A stretch of DNA of 64,000 bases from Podarcis vaucheri. Taxonomy: Eukaryota. The stretch lies in NCBI GenBank assembly GCA_965113315.1, contig OZ220375.1; one strand, written 5' to 3'. Both the position numbers and the translations under genes were made by a program. Shown piece after piece: positions 56,918 to 64,000 of the stretch. Every line of letters begins with the position of its first letter. Position 1 is the first letter of the stretch. The notes below the pieces were generated by a model that had not been told where the DNA came from, ran no database searches, and saw nothing but the letters and a program-made list of their open reading frames with translations.

Positions 56918-64000
<7,083 letters not shown>

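Overview
Vertebrate (squamate, probably lacertid lizard, judged from Sauria SINEs and L2/CR1/hAT content) genomic window syntenic with human 16p11.2. Three intron-containing genes lie in tandem on the minus strand: PRR14 (3' part, 56918 to beyond the right edge), complete FBRS (coding 31359-48380, 18 coding exons) and the 5' part of SRCAP (CpG-island exon 1 near 24 kb, canonical ATG at 17224, continuing past the left edge). Exons were placed by hand from GT/GC-AG boundaries, phase continuity and recalled human protein sequences. Main finding: a 3.7-kb stop-free Glu-rich exon (ATG 22998 to donor 19298) in SRCAP intron 1. Its donor is phase-compatible with the two presumed 5'-UTR exons (18559-18486 and 17412-), which are stop-free in that frame up to the canonical Met. 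This predicts an SRCAP isoform with a 1,321-aa N-terminal extension. The exon's TAA stop lies inside the donor and is followed by AATAAA, so a free-standing ~1,234-aa protein is the unspliced alternative. Also present: an intronic SNORA30-like H/ACA snoRNA, a GC-AG intron, a candidate SRCAP truncating exon, two related CpG-rich hAT elements upstream of the SRCAP and FBRS promoters, an L1 insertion with an 88-bp duplication, and motif clusters at the FBRS promoter. No expression or database evidence was available.
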